Source: Octopus vulgaris
Lineage: Eukaryota
Assembly: GCA_951406725.2 (NCBI GenBank)
Contig: OX597832.1
Location: 29,078,001-29,142,000, forward strand
DNA length: 64,000 nt
Direction: 5' to 3'
Shown here: one piece after another, positions 27,105 to 39,721 of the stretch
Numbering within the stretch: position 1 is the stretch's first letter
How the letters are laid out: every line of letters starts with the position of its first letter
Notes under the pieces: model-generated
Database searches by the model: none
Told to the model about the DNA's origin: nothing
What the model saw: only the letters and a program-made list of their open reading frames with translations
Position numbers and translations under genes: made by a program

Positions 27105-27310
27105 TCTTTTACTTGTTTCAGTCATTGAACTGCGCCCATTCTGGGGTACCGCTTTGAGGACTGTTAGCCAAAAAATCGCCCCCAAATAATCCCGTTTTTT
27201 TTTCTTTTTTACTCTATCGATTTCTTTTGCCGAACTGCTAGGTTGCGGTATGTAACAAATCAACACCGGTTGTCAAGCGGTGGGGGAGTGACAGATATAG
27301 ACACAGACGC
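27105..27310 (-). mobile_element. Diverged SINE A 3' half
   Basis: ttttacttgtttcagtcatt...cttttgccgaactgcta...ccggttgtcaagcg. Confidence 0.75.
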
Positions 27311-27559
27311 ACTTATAAACATATAAATAATGTTCGTTCACCGAAAAGTATGTAAAATCGATTTGAAGTCCATTTTCCTCATTAAAACTTATTGTTAATT
27401 ATTCTGTGAGTATTACAGCATAACCATTTTATATCCATGTTTTGGAGTGACCCTTTAATAAATGATCGAAGTTAAACTAATCAGCTGTTGGTGAATCATA
27501 AGGTGTAGCATTTACACGGCTATTCCAACATTTTGCTAGCCAGGTTCCTGTATGAAGAG

Positions 27560-28057
27560 CTTACTGAAGAGCCTAGCCAGGCTCATGGGCCCGGTTTCCC
27601 GGTTTCCCGGTTTCAATGGCGTATGTGTTCCCAGTTGGACGGGATGCCGGTCCATCGCAGCGTTACTCCTTTTTGCCAGCTGAGTGGATTGGAGCAACGT
27701 GAAATGAAGTGTTTTGGTCAAGAACACAACGCGTTGACCGGTCCAGGAATCAAAACCACAATCTTACGATCATGATGCTGAAACCCTAACCTATTTCTTT
27801 ACTACCCACAAGGGGCTAAACACAGAAGGGACAGACAAGGACAGACAAACGGATTAAGTCGATTATATCGACCCTAGTGCGTAACTGGTACTTATTATTT
27901 AATCGACCCCGAAAGGATGAAAGGCATAGTCGACCTCGGCGGAATTTGAACTCAGAACGTAACGGCAGACGAAATACTGCTAAGCATTTCGCCCGGCGTG
28001 CTAACGTTTCTGCCAGCTCGCCGCCCTAACCACTAAGCCACACACGCCTCGCCTCCA
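27560..28057 (-). mobile_element. SINE family D interrupted by SINE B
   Basis: ggagcaacgtgaaatgaagtgtt core; head split at ccctaacc. Confidence 0.85.
27792..28023 (-). mobile_element. SINE family B monomer with TSD
   Basis: Full head-to-tail copy flanked by ccctaacc (27784-27791, 28024-28031). Confidence 0.93.
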
Positions 28058-28639
28058 CTAAAGGGAAATAAGGCGAACCGAAATAAAACAGCAAAGCCTG
28101 GAACTGAGATCGAACGCGAGACGCCCAGTTTGTCCTCTGCTCGGCATCATTCGCAATATTTTCTCGTAATTTTATTTCCTTCCGTTCATTCAGATCTTGA
28201 AATAACCGCAAAAGAAATATCACTTAATGATTAGAAAAGCGTCCTGTCGCAGACCCCGACCCCTCCTCCTCCTCCTCCTCCTTGTTATTTATCGACGGAA
28301 CCCTTTGATGTTAATTTCCACCGTCATTTTAATTATCTATCTTATTAACATTTCTTCAGATCTTGGTGGAATCTCTGCAAATTTTGCAGAGAATCAACAT
28401 CTTTCATATTACTACGCTGCACAGTCAAGTTGGTTTTATTAATCTTCACCAAGAGCCCTGCAGATATTTTTCTCTTGTAGCAGAGCTTGGCATTGAATTT
28501 CTAATCAGAATTTATTTTGACCACGGCAGCTATCGAATCTATTTGCTTGTCAGAATTATTTCGTCTAAAGGAAGCTGGTTCGATCCCAAGTAACAGTTGT
28601 TAAAATTTGTGCCTCAGGTTTGGGTATTAGAAAAATAAT

Positions 28640-29416
28640 GATTTCAGATTTTGCAGTAGTTTCAAGGAAGGGAGTAAGGTGATGGCATTGACACCAGTAT
28701 TCAGCTGGTACTTATTTTATCGACTCCGAAAGGTCAAAAGGCAAAGCTGACCTCGGTGGAATTAAAACTCAGAATGTGTGTTTGGAAAATAATCCTTTCC
28801 ACTCTAGGCACAAGGCCTGGGAATTTGGGGAAAGTGGGTAGTAGATTATATCGACTCCAGTGTTTAGCTGGTATCTATTTCATCGACTCTGAGAGGAATT
28901 TGAAATTAGATCGTAAACGCGGACGAAATGCCGCTAAGCCTTTTGTCCGGCTGCTAACGATTCTGCCAGCCCACTGCTTTGTGTGTTAGAAAAAAATAAC
29001 CTTTTTTTTTTTTTTTTTTTTTACTATAGGCACAAGGCCCGAAATTTCGGGGGAGAGGATAAGCCGGCTACATCGACCCAGTGTTTAACTTGTACTTATT
29101 TCATCGACCCTGAAAGGATGAAAGGCAAAGTCGACCTCAGGGGAATTTGAACTCAGAACGTAGCGGCAGACGAAATACCTATTTCTTTACTACCCCCAAG
29201 GGGCTAAACAAAGAGGAGACAAACAAGGACAGACAAACGGATTAAGACAATTATATCAACCCCAGTGCGTAACTGGTACTTACTTAATCGACCCTGAAAG
29301 GATGAAAGGCAAAGTCGACCTCGGCGGAATTTGATCTCAGAACGTAGCGGGAGACGAAATACCACTAAGTATCTCTCGTCTGTCTTCCCGTTCTGAGTTC
29401 AAATTCCGCCGAGGTC
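28640..29416 (-). mobile_element. Cluster of SINE B copies (two diverged, one two-module, one short inverted fragment)
   Basis: Repeated Meta-like cores; plus-strand fragment 29376-29416 is inverted relative to 29317-29360. Confidence 0.85.
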
Positions 29417-30366
29417 TGCGTTCGTGTTTTTACGGCTGAACATTCTTCCTAATGTTGGCCCCTTCACAGAGTTTACTGAGTGTTTTGCATATGGCACCAG
29501 CACCAGTGAGGTCCCCCAAAATAACTCACAAGACAAAACTCTTCGACTGAGCGGGAGAGAGGAATAACACAGATGGGACGGTTCTGTGCCAAATAAACAG
29601 AAACTGAACAAGGACAGAGAGGCAGAAAAAGGTGTTTTGCTGTAGGAGAAATAAATTGGGGTTATCCAAGTTTACACACACACACACACACACACATGCA
29701 CACACACATACACAGACACACACTCTCACACACTCGCACACACGTATTTGTGTGCGTCTGTGTGTATGATTTATAGCGTTCACACTTGCGCGCGCACACA
29801 CATGCATACGCTTCCCCTGTCGTCTGGTGAGCGGACTTAGTTTCAACTGGTCGTTATTTTATTTTGATTTCATATATTTGCTTGCTTGTTTGTTCGTTTC
29901 GTTTAGTTCTGTTTTGTTCGTTTGTTTTTTTCACAACTTCGCCATTCACAAAAGCCCAACAATATATATATTTCTTCGCCGCAAGTACATCAGAGGTTGG
30001 TCTGGCTTGCGTCTAAGTCAGAAGTTAGTTCATCAAGAATAGAAGAAAACTGACGGAGGGAGATGGGATACGGAGATTTAACCGCCAATAATAAAGCATC
30101 ACCACTACCACCACGACCACCTCCACTGAAAAAGAAAAAGAAGAAGGAACAAAGAAAGGAAAGAAAAGGAAGGACAAAAGAATCTGATTATAAATGAGAT
30201 CTAAGGAATTTGTCAGAGTGGAGTCAGCATGGTGTCTCTCTCTGACAGATTGCACACAGCTATCTGGTTTCTGTAGAGGAATGTGCTAAAGAGAGAGGAA
30301 GAAAGCGAGAGGAGAGCGAAATATCGAAATACGCAGACGACCAAGCATATACATGGACGCATATAA

Positions 30367-30403
<37 letters not shown>

Positions 30404-30471
30404 TGTGCATGTGTGTATATACACTAACACACACGCATATACTTACATACATACACACATATATATGTGTA

Positions 30472-30615
<144 letters not shown>

Positions 30616-30619
30616 AATA

Positions 30620-31195
30620 TAGCCGTAGGCTTGGTTGTGTGGTAAGTAGCTTGCTTACCAACCACATAGTTCCGGGTTCAGTCCCACTGCGTGGCGACTT
30701 GGGCAAATATCTTCTACTATAAGCCTCAGGCCGACCAAAGTAGATTTGGTAGACGGAAATCGAAAGAAGCCCGTCGTACATAATGTGTGTGGTGTATGGT
30801 CAATGGCTGCCGATCCAAAGACCAAGACCGGATGAAACTGGTATTTATATAACCATGGGCTGGCTCCACCGACTGAGATGCTTTTTCTGTTTTCCCCACC
30901 ACGCTGGGAACAAACTGTTGCAAACACACGACTGGACAGTTAAAACCGACCAATACCTGCAACTAATTTGGCAAAGTACGGGGTCATGTGACTCGATTGT
31001 AAAAAATGATGAGTTAATTCTCCTGTATCTAAAACAGCACACCGACAAAATCTCTGAGATTACAAGAAAATGAAAGTATTACACGCCTCTGCTACAAAAG
31101 TAAAAAGTCCTGGGGTCGATTCATTCAACTAAAAATTCTTCAAGGCGGTGCCCCAGCATGGACGCAGCCTAATGACTGAATCATGTAAAAGATAG
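30620..31195 (+). mobile_element. SINE A head (30620-30790) and tail (31090-31195) separated by unrelated sequence
   Basis: Both parts match family A. Confidence 0.7.
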
Positions 31196-31234
31196 GAAAA
31201 CAATAATAAGTAAAGACGAACCAAAAATACATAT

Positions 31235-31444
31235 CTCTTTTACTCTTTTACTTGTTTCAGTCATTTGACTGCGGCCATGCTGGAGCACCGCCTTTCGTCG
31301 AGCAATTCGACCCCATGACTTATTCTTTGTAAGCCTAGTACTTATTCTATCGGTCTCTTTTGCCGAACCGCTAAGTTACAGGGACGTAAACACACCAGCA
31401 CCGGTTATCAAGTGATGTTGGGGGGACAAACACTGACACACACA

Positions 31445-31534
<90 letters not shown>

Positions 31535-31692
31535 CGACGGGCTTCTTTCAGTTTCCGTCTACCATTCACAAGGTTTTGGTCGACCCAAGGCTATAGAAGA
31601 AAACACTTGCCCAAGGTGCCACGCAGTGGGACTGAACCCGGCACCATGTGGTTGGCAAGCAAGCTACTTACCACACAGCCACTCCTGCGCCT
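31235..31692 (-). mobile_element. SINE family A, full length
   Basis: Tail, internal (CA)n/(TA)n and head match family A. Confidence 0.93.
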
Positions 31693-33122
31693 GTAAACAA
31701 AAGCACAAAACACTTGTTGAAGAATTTCGCAGTTAAAAGTCGTCGGTTAAGGGGAGGGGCGATTGCCTTGATTCTGGTTTTCAGACTTCATCCAATCTGG
31801 AACAGCTTCGAAATAACTGAGCCACAAAAGGTTGGTACACAACTAATTAAAGAATTTTGGTTTCTCGAGAACCGGATATTCTTACGACGATAATTAAACG
31901 ATAGTAATTAACAAACACACAACACATGTGAATTAATAAAATGATGAATTTGTTAACATGTTTATTCTCACCAAGAAGGAATTTATTGCGTTCGAGATAA
32001 TTATAAGCAAAGTGATGGAGCGGGGTAAGAAACGGCCGTTGAGTGTAGGTCGGCCACCCTGAAAAAGCTTGGTTGAATGTCATCAATTTTCCAATATTGA
32101 ACTAATTCAGATAATTTTGAAGACGATGATATATCGACACGGTCCAGTGACTGACAGATTAGTCTCTCGGGGACAGGAATTTAATCTTGTCTACTTTAAA
32201 TGAAGAGGTTCGGTTGGTTTTTTTAAAACCTGTTCCTGTCAAAATGAAACCAGACTGACGACGCGGTTGAAGGAGTACTGAAGCGTTGGGGGTGAGATTG
32301 GTGGAGGGGGGAGGAGGAGAAGGGGAGGGGAATTCTCTTGGTGTGTGTGTGTGTGTCGGAGAAAGTCCTCTGCGCGCGTGTGTGTGTGTGTAAGTGTGCG
32401 TATGTGCGTGCGTGTGTGTGCGTGTGTGTGTGTGTGTTTGTGTGTATGTGTGCGTGTATTTGTGTCTGTCGGAGAAAGTCCTCTGTGTGTGTGTGTGTGT
32501 GTGTGTGTGCGTGCGAGTGTGCGTGCGTATATGTGTGTGTGTGTGTGCGTGTGTGTGTATCTGTGAGAAAGGGAGAGAGAAAAAGAGAGGGAAAGGTTCT
32601 CTATATGTGTGTGTATATAAGACAAGGCGAGTTATGCATGTGTGTTCATATGGGAGAAGTTCTGTGGTGTGTCTATATAGGAAAAGGTTCGTTATGTGTG
32701 TGTATACGGGGAGGATCCTACATGTGTGCGTGTGCGTGTGTGTATAAGGTTCTGTATATACAGAAGAGGAGGAGTTGTTTGCGAGTAAATACAAATTGTT
32801 TTATTAATATTATTTCTGTGACAACACCCTCCACTAGCATCGCCATCATAACCACCCTCCCCAGATCCGTGACCCATATGTGTGTATGCGTGTGTGTGTT
32901 TGTAAATGAGTGCAAATCCCGTCAAAGTCAACATTGCTTTTCATCGCTCTGGGGTCAATAAAGTACTGGAGTTAAGGCAAGCGACCAACTCCTCCCTCAA
33001 AATTGCTGGCTTTGTGTCTAAACACTTGGCACCCACCAGAATCAACTGGTTTGTCTGTTTTGGACGACTTCTGGGACGGCCACTGTGGCTGAATTTCCAG
33101 AAATCCTCAGCCTGGCAGCACT

Positions 33123-33590
33123 GGACGGGATACCAAAGGCACTTTTGTCGAAGGACAAGAAACCGAATGGACAGAATGCCGAACGGACACAATGCCGAAT
33201 GGACATAAAGCCGAACGGACGCAATACCGAACGGACACAATACCGAATGGAGGCAATGATGAACATACACAATGACGAATGGACACAATGTCGAACGGAC
33301 AGAATGCCGAATGGACATGAAGCCAAATGGACACAATACCGAACGGAAATAAAACTGAACGGACACAATGCCGAACGGACAAGATGCCAAAAAGACAATC
33401 GAAAATGAAAATTTAATCTCGTTAAACATTAAGGTCCAAATTGGTGAATTGGTCATTAAACTATGTAGGTAGGAATTTTTTTACTATCATTGTGTCCGTT
33501 CGGCATTATGTCCGTTGGGCATTGTGTCCGTTCGGCTTCTTGACTTCGGCTTCTTGTCCTTCGGCAAACGTGCATTCGACAACCTTGTCC
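33123..33590. mobile_element. Foldback-type DNA element with 16-bp subterminal tandem repeats
   Basis: ~15 units of aatgccgaacggacac (33150-33400), ~4 inverted units (33488-33565); outer arms gcacttttgtcgaaggacaagaa / ttcttgtccttcggcaaacgtgc. Confidence 0.8.
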
Positions 33591-34344
33591 GCGCAATGTC
33601 GAGTAGCACCACTAGATCAAGACAGACTGTGTTCACAAGAGATTTCTATCGAGCAGGACTATCAGAGATATGCGCAGAGCAACGGAATCACTGTGTCCGT
33701 ACTTGTTCAGTGCCTGGGAATTGTTGATTTGTGGAATTAAACCGAAAAGCCTATGGATTCGTACAGGATCTCGCCATCGATCAAGTCCACCGTGAAGATA
33801 ACTCCGCTGCCCTTCTTTAATAAAGCTCGACAGGTAATTTTCTTCTGTCTGTTGGCACCCCACAACTTAAATCAGAAGCACTGAAATATATTGGCGGGCC
33901 TGGGTACATCTTTTGTGAAGAGCAGCAGCGAATAATAAAACGGGGTATCAGAAGATTGACTTCCCCACTCCTTTTTTTCCGTATCGAAGGAATGTGTTCC
34001 CTGGCCCTTTCCACCACAGATGTTGTCCAAGGAAAAGGAAAGGGTTCGGCACGGCCCGGCACGGCCCGGCACTTCTGGAATCACAGACGGTAAAGTGTCG
34101 GAAGAACCACCCACACGGCATCTCGTCCTCCACCCACCCGAACAATACTGCCCCTAAGGGGTCCCTGACCTCGATTTCAGTGACTTCGAAATGATGAAAG
34201 ATAAGGCAAAGAGTGGTGGAATTTGAAATAAGGACAGGATTAATACCACAAGGCATTCGTACTCGATCCCTACATTCCTAATACATTATGCACAGAGAAA
34301 GATTAAACATGCATTACACATGACGAGACTCTCTCACAAAACAT

Positions 34345-34720
34345 TACATACATGCATACGCACATACATACATACGCACATACATACATACGCACATACA
34401 TACATACGCACATACATACATACATACATACATACATACATACGCACATACATACATACGCACATACATACATACGCACATACATACATACATACATACA
34501 TACATACATGCATACATACATACATACATACATACATACATACACACATACATACATACATACATACATACATACATACATACATACATACATACACATA
34601 CATACACATACATACACACATACATACATACACATACGCACATACGCACATACATACATACTTACATACATACATACATAAGAAAATCGCACATAGTCAC
34701 GCAGTCACACACACACACAT

Positions 34721-34780
<60 letters not shown>

Positions 34781-34830
34781 GTGTATACATATTATATATA
34801 TACACACGAAATACTTATACACATACATAT
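34345..34830. repeat. (CATA)n/(catacgca) and (TA)n microsatellite
   Basis: Direct reading. Confidence 0.93.
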
Positions 34831-35005
34831 ACGAAGAGAGAGAGGGGGAGCAACAGAGAGAGAGGTAGAATGAGAGAGAAAAGTCTCTACAAACCAGCTC
34901 AAGTGAAAAGAAGTCAAAAGAATGGTTTTAGATGAATTCCAGAGGAATGCGGGAGTCTCTGAGACGAGTTGTTTGGAATTGTCGAGCTAGAATTACATCC
35001 GGGTA

Positions 35006-35066
<61 letters not shown>

Positions 35067-35294
35067 TTCTCTCTCTCTCTATCTATCTATCTCTCTCCTT
35101 CTCTCTCTCTATCTATCTCTCCCTTCCACTCACTCGCTTACATCGCTCACTCCCCTTCTCTTCCTCTCGCTCCCTTTCTCTCTCTCTCCAGCCTCGCCCA
35201 CCACATCCACTCCTCCGTTTCGTTCTTCGCTTCAGTAACTTCGACGCTCAACAAATGAAATTAGTGAACATGGAGAAAGAGATAAAGCGAATAT

Positions 35295-35295
<1 letters not shown>

Positions 35296-35337
<42 letters not shown>

Positions 35338-35389
35338 TGAGTGTGTGAGTGAGTGTGTGTGTGAGTGTGTGAGTGTGTGAGTGTGTGAG

Positions 35390-35431
<42 letters not shown>

Positions 35432-35524
35432 TGTGTGTGTGACTGTGTGAGTGAGTGTGTGTGAGTGTGTGTGTGTGAGTGTGTGTGAGTGTGTGTGTGT
35501 GTGTGTGTGTGAGTGAGTGTGTGT

Positions 35525-35561
<37 letters not shown>

Positions 35562-35596
35562 TGAGTGTGTGTGTGTGAGTGTGTGTGTGTGTGTGC
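35296..35596. repeat. (TG)n/(TGAG)n microsatellite
   Basis: Direct reading. Confidence 0.95.
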
Positions 35597-36654
35597 CGTG
35601 TGGAGGAGGGTGTACATAAAGGGATAGCTTGATAGTGAGAAAGGCGCAGAATAAAAGTTGAAACCCTTAGAACCACGTGAAAAACGCTCCATCCGGTGTT
35701 GGGAGCACTCTAAGATGGCTGCCTACAATTATTATTTAATCAGAAAAACCTTGAAGCAGTCGACATCTCTCATCTCTCAGCTTTTTTTTTTTGTTCATAT
35801 TCTGACTCCTTTTTGCTTTATTTTGTTTTGTTTTTCGTTCTTCGGGGCCCCTAAGATTGGCGAAAACCAATGGAAGGGCCATCAACAAAAAGATTGTTGT
35901 TAGCATTGTTGCGCAGAATATGTTTCTTTCGCAGTCATGTGGTTAGATTCTTCTAAGTGGCATCACGGCCAAGTGTTTTCCTTTAGAACCTCGAGTTGAG
36001 CAATAATTTGTGACTGGGATTTGGTAGATGGAACCTGAACATATATGTATATATGTATGCGTGTATATATACGTGTATGCATGTATATTTATACACACAC
36101 ATTGGTTTATATACATAGATACATATACATTTATACACACATATTTAATGTACGTACGTGTGGAGGATGTTCTAGTTTTGAAATTAGCAAGTTGGCTCCA
36201 ACTATATGGGAATATTCTATCAGCAAAGTGTAAGAGGATCCGTATACTTCAAATCGAATTCGAACACGGTGCGTCTTCATTAAAAACAATTCTTCTTATC
36301 AATTCACTTTCTAGTTTAGTTATGTCCATATAAGGAAATATTTTGCTAAAAATGAGCCACTACACAAACATATCAATTATTCAAAGATGAACATCTCCAT
36401 AGAATTGGTATAATGTTGCTTTATCGTCTTCGTACATCTTACATCAAATGTAAATAAGTAACGGTCTAAACCACATCCCTGGAGTACACCATGTTCTGTA
36501 GAGCTGTATAGAATTAGAATTATAAATATGAATTCTTGTGTCAACCGTCCAGAATGTTGTTGTTTCGGTTAAAACAATCAGCATTACCTTTGTAAATTTA
36601 AATTCCGTAACCACCAGGATCAAATATTCTTTTTGTTTCAACACTTCGCCTATA

Positions 36655-36733
36655 TTCTATGCCTTGTGAGTGGAAGTGGTAGACGGAAACTGAAACTAGC
36701 TTGGTGTGTGTGTGTGTGTCTGTGTCTGTGTCT

Positions 36734-36778
<45 letters not shown>

Positions 36779-36797
36779 TGTGTCTGTGTCTGTGTCT

Positions 36798-36843
<46 letters not shown>

Positions 36844-36862
36844 CTGTGTCTGTGTCTGTGTC

Positions 36863-36900
<38 letters not shown>

Positions 36901-36929
36901 TGTCTGTGTGTGTGTTTGTGTCTGTGTCT

Positions 36930-36987
<58 letters not shown>

Positions 36988-37160
36988 CGTGATCCTTCGG
37001 CGAAAAAAACTACCCGATGCTGCTGGGACCGTTAGTGGAGTTGCATCCCTTTTCGTGAATAGGTGATGTGACCCTTCAACAGAGATTGATAGGGTCAATA
37101 TGATCACCTATAAATCCTTGAAGACGGTGGCCCCGCCTGGCTGCATTCCATTGCATGAAA
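36655..37160 (+). mobile_element. Diverged SINE A with expanded internal (TG)/(TGTGTC) tract
   Basis: gccttgtgagtggaagtggtagacggaaactgaaa before the tract; degenerate tail after it. Confidence 0.6.
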
Positions 37161-37644
37161 CCTGATGTCATAAAGAGGCCTGGTCAAGATTCGAACTCAG
37201 AAGTGTTCTGAGTATTGGACTTGAGGCCATGAAATACCCTTTATAAAAACACATAATTAGGGCCCAGCGCGAGTGCCATCTTATGATAGTTTCATTTTTC
37301 AGGATTCCGGGACTAATTAAGTCATTTACTAATGAGAGGATTATTTAAATTTTTACTAACGAAGGATGACTTTGGCCATTTACTACCGATGGATTAATTA
37401 AGTCATTTACTAATGAGGAACTAATTTACCAGCAATATGTATCAAGATAGTTTCATTCAGTCAATGATACAACCCCACTCTTCCCTTCTTTATTCGTCTA
37501 TCCTCTTCTCTCCCTCCCTCATCTCTCTCTTTGTGATCCCCCCCCCCCACCGCTTGACAACCGGTGTTGCTTTGTTTACATCCTTCTCTCTCTTTCTCTT
37601 TCAATCTATAACTTTGTCCTTGAGGAAAGAAACAATAATATTTG

Positions 37645-37872
37645 TATCTTTACTACCCACAAGGGGCTAAACACAGAGGGGACAAACAAGGACAGACAAA
37701 CGGATTAAGTCGATTAGATCGACCCCCAGTGCGTAACTGGTACTTAATTTATCGACCCCCGAAAGGATGAAGCAAAGTCGACCTCGGCGGAATTTGAACC
37801 CAGAACGTAACGGCAGACGAAATACGGCTACGCATTTCGCCCGGCGTGCTACCGATTCTGCCAGCTCGCCGC
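37645..37872 (-). mobile_element. SINE family B monomer
   Basis: Full copy; flanking duplication gaaacaataatatt at 37629 and 37883. Confidence 0.92.
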
Positions 37873-38409
37873 TCTTGCAAAGGAAACAATAATATTGTTT
37901 AGTTTCAACCGGTGGTTTTCATCAGTGACCCACATCGTGGCACGTTTCTGGAATTTTTCCAAGTATCGTTCGTTTTTGACAAACTCTCAGAACGGAAAAG
38001 CGATGAAGCAATTCATTTCCTGCATTCTTCTTCTAAATTGTTTCGTGCACTCTTTTCTGTTCTTCTCGGCATTCATTTCCACTTAGAAATTCACGAGAAT
38101 CAAGTATAATATTTCGATAAGTTTCAGGATTTTCCTGGAAATCTGATGTTAATATCAGATCAACAAAGATAACACATTCACTTTCCATTGTTCTTTGACC
38201 AATATTTAGCTTTCCAACATGTACAGATACAGAAAACTATATAAAAATTCTTTCTCTTTCACCCGGTTCCATGCCGGAAGAGTAAATTCTCTATGAATAT
38301 TTTAAGACACTTGACAAATTCCTTAACCCCTTGGGGGTCGTTGGGGCGCTGCAGCTATGCAGCGTATCAAGGGCGAAAAAGTCTGACGGAGCCCGCCCCT
38401 CTCTAGGCT

Positions 38410-38548
38410 AAACTCATTTCACCAGCTGGAGCAACGTGAAATGAAGTGTTTTGCTTAAGAACACAACCCATCGCTTGATCCAGGAATGGAAACCACAATC
38501 TTACAATCGTGTTCCAACACCCTAACCGCCAAGCCACGCGCCTCCACT
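38410..38548 (-). mobile_element. SINE family D head/core
   Basis: ctggagcaacgtgaaatgaagtgttttgct...ccacgcgcctccac. Confidence 0.85.
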
Positions 38549-38961
38549 TAAGACAGTCATTGCTTTTAGACACCGTGCACCCTTTTCTCTCTCCTGCATG
38601 CCAATCTCTTCCTAGCACCTACGACCGACACAAACACTACCAAAAGCTTTGCCGTTGTTAATTTCTCCTAACTTCTGTGAAACAACAGACTCTTACAGCT
38701 TTTGTTGACTTCCTAACGACGAATTCACGGCTAAATGAAATCTGTAAGAAATTGCCTTTTTTTCTTTCGGTTGATTAATTTGGTACATATCATACTGTCC
38801 CATGGAGTTTAGATAATCTGTTATCAATGACATATCTGTCACATATGCAAGCAAGGTGGGATGCGGCAATATTCTCTGAGCATCTGTCTGCATAAGTTAA
38901 CAGGATACCTTTTAAGATGTTATAGCGACCAATTAGATTCGATAAACAATCAGGATCAACA

Positions 38962-39144
38962 CAGTTCCATATTTAAGAGATGAGGAATTATGTACACTAT
39001 TTACATTATTTACATTTGACGGATATTTGTCCTCATCTTGTTTGTTGTTAACACAATGTTTTGGCTGATATACCCTCCAGCTTTCATCAGGTGTCTTGGG
39101 GGAATTTTGAACCTGGGTTCTCATTCTCTAAGGTATTTTTTCGA

Positions 39145-39180
<36 letters not shown>

Positions 39181-39320
39181 CATCATCATCATCATCATCA
39201 TCATCCTCATCATCATCATTACCATCATCAACATCATTATCAGTATTATTATTCAGGTCACTGCCTGGAATCGAACTCGGAATCTTGGGGTTAGTAACCC
39301 GAACTCTAAACCACCAGGCC
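38962..39320 (-). mobile_element. tRNA-headed element with hammerhead-containing tail (left arm)
   Basis: Minus strand: A box tggcctggtgg, B box gagttcgattcc, (TGA)/(TAA) tract, then gacac-ctgatga-aagctg...cagcc-aaaacattgtgtt and (atgtaaata) end. Confidence 0.75.
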
Positions 39321-39373
39321 ACTATGCTCGCGGTTAGTAGCCCGCGCTCGTAACCACTACGCCAGATGCTCGT

Positions 39374-39522
39374 GGGCATAATGGCGTAATGGTCAAGAGT
39401 GCGGGTTACTAACCCCTAGACACCCGATGAAGGCTGGAGGGTATATCAGCCGAAACGTTGTGTTAACAACAAACAAGATGAGGACAAATATCCGTCGAAT
39501 GTAAATAATGTAAATAATGTAA
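39374..39522 (+). mobile_element. Inverted, internally deleted second copy of the same element (right arm)
   Basis: Partial tRNA head tggcgtaatggtcaagagtgcgggttactaacccc joined directly to the tail; 39414-39516 is the reverse complement of 38999-39100. Confidence 0.8.
39419..39464 (+). ncRNA. Minimal type I hammerhead ribozyme motif (one core substitution)
   Basis: GACAC-CCGAUGA-A-GGCUG(10 nt)CAGCC-GAAA-CG-UU-GUGUU; CUGAUGA is intact in the sister copy at 39050-39095 (minus). Confidence 0.7.
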
Positions 39523-39721
39523 ATTGGATAATGTAAAAGATCATGAATTAAATAACATCTACGGCAAGAGAGAGATGGTGAATATAATGAAGCGCCGTAC
39601 TACATATATTACGAACAAAATAGGCACAGGGAATATACTCAAAGAGATTCCATAGACTGTTCTTCTGTCTGAGGAACTAAGTTCCTTCCAGAAAAGTCAG
39701 CCTTTCTTTATGTTCTGGAGT

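Noticed and set aside
27565-27590. ctgaaga-gcct-agcc-aggc hammerhead-like start
   Set aside because: No GAAA after the stem; it is the antisense end of a SINE D tail
33150-33400. CRISPR-like regular repeats
   Set aside because: Units are contiguous 16-mers without unique spacers, have an inverted counterpart, and there are no cas genes; eukaryotic context
33600-33840. Possible exon ending at cag|gtaatt
   Set aside because: No frame gives a recognisable peptide and no convincing acceptor site
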